DNA of 64,000 bases from Podarcis bocagei (Eukaryota). The stretch lies in NCBI GenBank assembly GCA_964188305.1, contig OZ076885.1. One strand, 5' to 3'. The position numbers and the translations under genes are program-made. Positions 57,201 to 64,000 of this stretch are shown in pieces (the stretch's first letter is position 1; every line of letters begins with the position of its first letter). The notes below the pieces were generated by a model, which saw only the letters and a list, made by a program, of their open reading frames with translations, searched no databases and was not told the origin of the DNA.

Positions 57201-60200
57201 GCCTGGATTAAGTATAAAGTGGGTTGGTAGTGGTAATAAATGTAAAGGTAATCAATGATGGTGGCTGACTTTGCAGCATGGAAGGTATATATTTTTAACA
57301 TCTTCACTGTTATGGTAGTGAAAGCCCCAAAGAGCCTTGTGGCACAATCTAGTCCCTCCTCATATGCAGAAATGTGTACCTTTGCACACATAGGAGATGG
57401 TCATTGGTACACAATTTCTTCCTCATGGGTACAGGTTTGTGTGCGTGAAGAGATTGATCCTGAGAGAGGGTGATTTATTTATTCATAGAATCATAGAATC
57501 ATAGAGTTGGAAGAGACCACAAGGGCCATCGAGTCCAACCCCCTGCCAAGCAGGAAACACCCTCAGAGCACTCCTGACATATGGTTGTCAAGCCTCTGCT
57601 TAAAGACCTCCAAAATAGGAGACTTCACCACACTCCTTGGCAGCAAATTCCACTGTCGAACAGCTCTTACTGTCAGGAAGTTCTTCCTAATGTTTAGGTG
57701 GAATCTTCTTTCTTGTAGTTTGGATCCATTGCTCCGTGTCCGCTTCTCTGGAGCAGCAGAAAACAACCTTTCTCCCTCCTCTATGTGACATCCTTTTATA
57801 TATTTGAACATGGCTATCATATCACCCCTTAACCTCCTCTTCTCCAGGCTAAACATGCCCAGCTCCCTTAGCCGATCCTCATAAGGCATCGTTTCCAGGC
57901 CTTTGACCATTTTGGTTGCCCTCCTCTGGACACGTTCCAGTTTGTCAGTGTCCTTCTTGAACTGTGGTGCCCAGAACTGGACACAGTACTCCAGGTGAGG
58001 TCTGACCAGAGCAGAATACAGTGGCACTATTACTTCCCTTGATCTAGATGCTATACTCTTATTGATGCAGCCCAGAATTGCATTGGCTTTTTTAGCTGCC
58101 GCGTCACACTGTTGGCTCATGTCAAGTTTATGGTCAACCAAGCATGAATGTTATTGTAGCATGAATGTTCCTAGAATAGAGCTAACATTGTCAAATGCAA
58201 CCAGCTGCTGATGAGGAAACTTCTAGTGAGAAGTCCATGATCAACCAGAGCATTTAATGGCCATTCATTAATATGACCCGCTTCCTTCTACAATTTTGTT
58301 TTACTTATCAAGTGCTTTTAGCTCTGCTCAGTGTAAGTAGACAGAGAGGCAAGACCTGTGTTTATGTGTTGTTCTACTGATAAGTCATTATTACTGGTCT
58401 TAGCCATGGATTATTGCAAAGGCTTTTACTGTTGTCATAAATTTCACATTAGTGGTAATTTCACTGTCATGAAATAACCAGAAAAAACCCATGATAAGGC
58501 ATTTATTGGACTTTCATGTGACAAGAGCTATATAATCACCCCCAGGCCTAGTTTGTAACACTGCTGAAGCAGACTTACTAGGTCATCTGCCTCATTTGGG
58601 ACTGGGGAAGAAGTTAAAGATTATTTTACAGAGTATTTGTTCCAGGCTGATAGCACAAAATCTTGTGCTTCTGCAGTTTGCTGGTGGCTTCTTCTCACAG
58701 CTGATTCGCTTTCTGATCCATACTGTTTCAGGCCAATTTGTCATTGTGCAGTCCTTGATTTTGTTTGTGTTCTAGTTCTTTCCTTATCTACAAGGGCAGC
58801 AGGTGGTATGGAACTGTGGATACACTGGGGGGAAATGATGGACAAGGCCAATACTTTGTAAAGCATCAGTGACCTTTTCTCTGAATGTTTGTGGGGGGAG
58901 TATTGTCTTTCCTCCCCTCTCCACCTTGGAATCACAAACCTCAGCAATGCTTACTAGAATAACCCTGTGGATACTCTGCTCCTCTGGGGGTATTTTAGGC
59001 TGTTTCCTGCTTGAGAATCATTTCAAATTGTCTGCTCGTGATCCAAGAGTATGTGCCCCTCATAATTTCTTTTCATCATGCCTTGCTCTATTCCACTTCT
59101 CACCCTTGGGTCCTCTCAAAATGCAGCCTTCTCTCCATACTGGTGAAGTTTCATGTTCCATTGTTAACTTTTTTGACAAAGCAGAGCCTTTGAACTTTCC
59201 ACTAGTATCACCTTGGAATAGTTGAGTACTCCACAAGCAGTGCTCCATTATTTGCCTATTGTGGTGTCTTCATGCTTTGTCTTTCAACCTGCTGTGATGT
59301 GTGGCATTTTTTGTCCTCAGGTGACGACAAGTATGGGCGGAAAGTAATCCTGTTCAGTGCCTGCCGGATGCCTCCCAGCTATCAGCTTGATCATGTGAAA
59401 CTGCTGAGGTGAGTGCTGCTGGAGCGAACCACCTGCTTTGGTGAAGATTAGACCTGAGACTTTCCCCTGATCATTCAAATCTGTAATGATTTTGACTACA
59501 TGAATTTGGGTACCAATTAACCCCCAACTAAGATATAAGTCAAAATTCCTTAAGCACTTGGTTAGGAGTGCCCTTCATCAATCTGACCCCACCCTCTGGC
59601 TGTATATTCATTACCTCTGTGCCTATGTCACCTATATTACTTTCCTTATGCTGTGGCTGCAGGAGGCAAAGAAGCAAATACATATTTTTTAAAAACTCTG
59701 GAGCTTAGGTATGTCCATCTCTCCTTAGCTATTTGAAGTATACATTGGACCAGTATGTTGAGAGTGATTACACCTTAGTCTATTTGCACCATGGCCTGAC
59801 CAGTGAGAACAAGCCATCCCTGAGCTGGCTGCGGGATGCCTACCGGGAATTTGACCGCAAGTAAGTGTGTGTGGCTGTGGATTTTGCAAGGGTCAAATTG
59901 CTGTGCGGGAACTTTTTTGGGTGAAAGGGTTGGCTTGGCTTCTCATCTTTCTCTCATTATTAGATACAAGAAGAACATCAAAGCATTGTACATTGTGCAC
60001 CCAACGATGTTCATCAAGACACTGCTGATTCTCTTCAAGCCCTTGATCAGGTAGGAAAGTGCAAAGGTACTTTGCTCTGTGGTGGAACTCGCTTTGGTAT
60101 GAGGAGGAGCCTTAGGAGCCAAGTGGGGTTTTATCATCAGAATCCTGAGACTTTTTTGTTAAGTAGGTTGCTGGTAACTTGTGTATTTGTAAACACTTAC

Positions 60201-60335
60201 TGTGATGACAGCATCTGATAACACCTTTCATTTAATTTTACATTTTTATCCATGTCCTCCTTCCATGAAGCTTGAGGGCAGCATGCATTGTTACCCCCAG
60301 TTTTATCCTCGTAACAACTCTATGAGATAGATTAG

Positions 60336-60383
<48 letters not shown>

Positions 60384-61501
60384 TGACCCACCTTGCAGAT
60401 TCAAATCCCCACTTTGCATCTCCATGGCTTGTCACTACACAATATTGGCTCTAATTTCTATAAGCTATAATTTCTATAATGTGGGGCTCCTAGAGGGTTT
60501 GTTCATTGCAAGGATATGCATAGATGGCTCATCTTGTATATTCCATATCATTTTTAGACAGCTGTTGCTCACTGATGTCAGCTATATCCTGTCATAGTTG
60601 CAAGATCCCCTCCATTTTCTGTCCAAAGCTTTCAGTGTGCACCTTGAATTGCATTATATAGTCCTATGAGGTCAGAGGAAAGTGGGTGTCATGTTCCTGC
60701 ATACTCTTGATCTCGATCTGAGAGTGTGGAAATTGTCCTGCAGATTAGTACTTCACTGGAGCTTGTTGCTTCCTCTCTTCTGTCTAACTGAAGAATTAGG
60801 TTTGATAAACTTTGCTTCTGACTTATGCTGAGTGACTGACCCTGACATGCAGGCCCCTGCTTGCATTGTTGTCCTTTAGTTGGCTAATAGCCCAGACTTG
60901 CTTCAGATATTTCCTGGCCTCTGCCAGAGAATGAGGAGGAAATAACAATGGACATAACTTGTATTGTCAGCAAAATCCCCAGGTTGAGGCACCAGAGAAG
61001 TACCTTTTAGCACATTGTCAGGCCTAGCTGGGGTCTTTCAGTAATGGACAAATCCCTGCCTATGTGTTGGGGAACTGCAGAGTGGTGCAACTGGTACACA
61101 AGCATTGCCTCACAGTTCTCGGTACCATTTTTACCTCTTCATCTCATCTCTACAAGCCACCCACAGATGTACTAGTGCTGCTACTCTGTACCCTAATTTC
61201 TTTCTTACTGGTTTGTCACCTGTCTTGCAGCTTTAAGTTTGGACGGAAGATTTTCTATGCAAACTACCTGAGTGACCTGGAGGAGCATGTGAAACTGGAG
61301 CAGCTGGGTATCCCAAGCCAGGTGCTAAAGTGAGAGCATGTTTAATTATTTGCTGGTGTTTAATTTTACTGTTTACTATTAGATTCTGATGGATTGTTTA
61401 ATGTTGCTTTGTTTGACATAAGTTGTTTGTTTTAAAGGTATTGTGACTTTTTATATTGTATTAGATTGTTATTGTTTGATGTTTCATTATGCTTTTATAC
61501 C

Positions 61502-61532
<31 letters not shown>

Positions 61533-63578
61533 ATTATTATCAACATCATCATCATTATCCACTTTGCCTACTAGCTTACCTTTTGTTTCTGTAGAGGAGG
61601 CTGTAACAGGGAGGAGAACAGGGTGAGCAGAGCGGGAGTGGGGTGGCGAAGGGACACTGGGAGTCTGACTTGTCGGCACATACAGTATGATGTTGTGAGC
61701 TGCTGAGATGGCTCTCTCCTCTGCATGGCTTGCTCTTTATTGTCATGTGACCCTCAGAAGGTTTCCCAAGAGGGAGTGTGGCTTCGGGCTAAAAAAGGAT
61801 CCTCGCAACTCATGTAGCAGAAGTAGCTTGTAAGTACTTCTTAGAAGAAGTAGCTTGTAACTAGCGTAGTGCCAGGGCCTCTGGGCTTGTGTTTACAGGA
61901 TAATGGGACACTGGACACCAGCTTAGCACTTTTTGGTGTAGTTTAGAATGATTCCATACATACATGTTTGTGTCTGTCTCTCACTGTAGGTATGATGAAT
62001 ATCTGAGATCCCTGCAGAAGCCCCCCCAAGTGCCTCAGAAAGTAACCCCACCACGCCCACCTCTGCCAAACCAACAGTTTGGAGTTTCTCTCCAGCAGTG
62101 AGTATCCTCATCTTTTTTCTATTCTTGGTGGACCAGTGATACCTATAGTCTATCTGTGGGTAGTTCTGGAAATGCTTTCCAATCATCTTGAATCGGCACC
62201 TGTGGTTAGCTTGACTTTTGCCAGCCTTGAGCTTTCTAGATCAGGGCCAGTGATACACTGGATATTATGTCTGATTCAAAGATGTTTCTTTGTGGGAAGT
62301 GACAGGAAGAGTCTAAGCTTCTACTTTCTCAACAGCTTACGGGAGAAGAGCTTGGATCAGAATCCCATTCCACTTGTGGTAAGGGAGACCATTGCCTATC
62401 TGCAGCAGCATGGTGAGTGAGCTAGGAAGACCCCTCTTCTGACTTGTCTTGTTGCTACATCCACTGTCCTTTGTCTCCCAACAGCACCCTTCTGTTGCAT
62501 CAGCCTAGCCTTTTTAAGATGCCTTAGCACAGACTCATTCTTTTTTCACTGCCCATCTTACTATCTTTCTTGTCATTTGATTCTGGTCTTCAGAAAGACA
62601 CAGCAAAATTGAACACTAGGGAGCTGAGGGATTCTACTAACCTAATTCCCCAAGTGCCTTCTGCATAGCTGTTCCCATGCAAGTGTCCCTGTGCATGTGG
62701 CTTTCAGGATGTCCTTGTCCTGTGATATTGGAAAGACTTGCTGTTATGTGTGGTAGGTCTTCCCTGAGACTGTGCTCTTCTGTTTCTCTTTGTCCCCAGC
62801 TCTTAACACAGAGGGGATTTTCCGACGATCAGCAAACACCCAGACAGTCAGAGAAGTTCAGCAGAAATATAATATGGGTAAGTGCCTGCATTAGGTTCCA
62901 GAAGTCTGCTTAAGCTACTCCACTGCCCCTTACCACCATTCTTTTTGTCTAGGCCCCAAATCTGCCCTTAGCACTTTGGACTTGTGCCCTCCCACAACGT
63001 GCTTTAACTTCTGAATAGATCTCTGTTTGAAACTTGGCTGGAATCCAAGGAGTTTATTCCTTTTGACATAAACCTATTCCAGTCTAAATCTATACCCCCT
63101 GGATAAAGGAGGTGCTTAACCTTCCACAGCAATTATGTTTGATCAATGTATAATGTGTTTCCTCTGTTTCATCCTCTGGGGTGTGTGTGTCTCCATTTCC
63201 CTAATATTTGCTGGAATCCTGTTGCTGGTATTTTTGAAGCAATTCTTCCAATGCTCCTAATGATTGCTGCTTTGGAGGAGGATTGAGTACCACTGATCTT
63301 TTTTTTTTTTTGACAGTGTGTTTACCTGCTCCTGCCATGCATCTGCCTCTAGTTCCCAGTCTTTGGATAAGTTCCTTATTCTGCCAGGTGGAGGGGGTTC
63401 AGCCCTGGTGCTCTAGTTATGGCTTTGAACCTATCCACTTTCTTACCAGGGCTGCCTGTGGACTTTGTGCAATATGAGGACGTGCACCTGCCAGCTGTGA
63501 TTCTCAAGACCTTCTTGCGGGAGCTGCCTGAGCCTCTCCTCACCTATGGTCTCTACAATGACGTCGTCAATTTCTACA
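45139..63578 (+). CDS. ARHGAP1: Rho GTPase-activating protein 1 (Cdc42GAP/p50RhoGAP), 3'-partial
   Basis: Coding exons 45139-45271, 46046-46138, 59321-59408, 59729-59860, 59964-60050, 61231-61329, 61990-62097, 62336-62412, 62800-62877, 63450-63578; all GT-AG and in phase. BCH/CRAL-TRIO domain, PPRPPLP motif, RhoGAP EGIFRRS and [12 protein letters not shown]. Confidence 0.97.
46046..46138 (+). CDS. ARHGAP1: ARHGAP1 coding exon 2
   Basis: [30 protein letters not shown]. Confidence 0.96.
46917..47373 (+). mobile_element. 5'-truncated L1-like LINE 3' end
   Basis: [14 protein letters not shown]2 end, T-rich UTR, AATAAA and A-rich tail; 17-bp TSD AAAACTGGGATGTTTCC at 46900-46916 and 47374-47390. 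Confidence 0.85.
48268..49450 (-). mobile_element. L1-clade LINE 3' fragment
   Basis: Track ORFs 48535..48990 (CWR...[10 protein letters not shown] Cys/His motif, [10 protein letters not shown]) and 49169..49450; A-rich tail. Confidence 0.85.
52643..52692. repeat. (TG)n microsatellite, one interruption
   Basis: Directly visible. Confidence 0.95.
52797..52826 (+). CDS. ARHGAP1: Candidate 30-nt alternative microexon of ARHGAP1, [10 protein letters not shown]
   Basis: Strong acceptor ctttgtttctgttcctccag, donor CAG|gtaggt, phase 1-1, no stop. Confidence 0.55.
53644..53756. mobile_element. hAT MITE family, copy 3
   Basis: Same core; perfect 8-bp TSD GTTCTCCA. Confidence 0.75.
57484..58141 (-). 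mobile_element. CR1 LINE 3' fragment with an open ORF2 C-terminus
   Basis: Track ORF 57563..58141 ([28 protein letters not shown]) and (ATTCTATG)n octamer tail. Confidence 0.95.
59321..59408 (+). CDS. ARHGAP1: ARHGAP1 coding exon 3 (BCH domain)
   Basis: [28 protein letters not shown]. Confidence 0.96.
59729..59860 (+). CDS. ARHGAP1: ARHGAP1 coding exon 4
   Basis: [43 protein letters not shown]. Confidence 0.97.
59964..60050 (+). CDS. ARHGAP1: ARHGAP1 coding exon 5
   Basis: [28 protein letters not shown]. Confidence 0.97.
60339..60380. repeat. (GA)n microsatellite
   Basis: Directly visible. Confidence 0.95.
61231..61329 (+). CDS. ARHGAP1: ARHGAP1 coding exon 6
   Basis: [32 protein letters not shown]. 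Confidence 0.97.
61502..61540. repeat. (TTG)n(TTA)n microsatellite
   Basis: Directly visible. Confidence 0.9.
61990..62097 (+). CDS. ARHGAP1: ARHGAP1 coding exon 7 (proline-rich SH3-binding motif)
   Basis: [35 protein letters not shown]. Confidence 0.97.
62336..62412 (+). CDS. ARHGAP1: ARHGAP1 coding exon 8
   Basis: [25 protein letters not shown]. Confidence 0.96.
62800..62877 (+). CDS. ARHGAP1: ARHGAP1 coding exon 9 (arginine finger)
   Basis: [25 protein letters not shown]. Confidence 0.97.
63450..63578 (+). CDS. ARHGAP1: ARHGAP1 coding exon 10
   Basis: [42 protein letters not shown]. Confidence 0.97.
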
Positions 63579-63720
63579 GTGAGTTGCTACCAAGAGTGTC
63601 CTGATCCCAAAGCAGAAAACTCCTCTAAATATGCTCTACCCAGAGTTGTGCTGTACTCTCACAGCAGATTGGCTGTATTACGCTTCCCAGGGCAGCATAG
63701 TAAAAGTCCTAATTCTAGTA

Positions 63721-63927
63721 CAGTCATACCTTGGAAGTTGAACGGAATCCATTCCAGAAGTCTGTTCAACTTCCAAGCTCCTGCAGCCAATTGGAAGCTG
63801 CGGAAGCCCCATCGGATGTTCGGGTTCCAAAGAACATTCACAAACCGGAACACTCGCTTCCGGGTTTGCGGCGTTCAGGAGTCAAAACGTTTGACTTGCA
63901 AGGCGTTTGGGATCCAAGGTATGACTT
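63721..63927. mobile_element. Tigger/pogo-like MITE
   Basis: TA|cagtcataccttgga...tccaaggtatgact terminal inverted repeats; right end degenerate. Confidence 0.75.
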
Positions 63928-64000
63928 TTTGAGGGCTTTTCATCTGCAATCCACCTCTCCACATGAAAGCTAGGACTTTGCTTGCTGGTATAAATGTCCC

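Overview
Vertebrate genomic DNA, most likely from a lacertid lizard (inferred from Squam3-type and tRNA-Lys/CR1-tail SINEs plus squamate L2, CR1, L1 and MITE content). It holds the conserved F2-ZNF408-ARHGAP1 block. (1) A complete 14-exon prothrombin gene on the minus strand (ATG 22266, stop 1455, 613 aa, all introns GT-AG). (2) A complete ZNF408 gene on the minus strand (ATG 37420, stop 27513): five exons homologous to human plus one probable extra 87-nt exon. (3) ARHGAP1 on the plus strand, head-to-head with ZNF408 across a shared CpG-island promoter; ten coding exons are visible and the gene runs off the window end. Most short ORFs in the supplied track are intronic noise. I see no wholly new biological system. 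The best leads are candidate frame-preserving microexons or extra exons in ARHGAP1 and ZNF408, a three-layer nested transposon insertion with intact target-site duplications in F2 intron 6, differences from mammalian prothrombin in the Gla domain, activation sites, exosite I and glycosylation sequons, and a hepatocyte-type motif cluster in F2 intron 1. Comparisons with human and other orthologs are from recall, not from alignments I ran.
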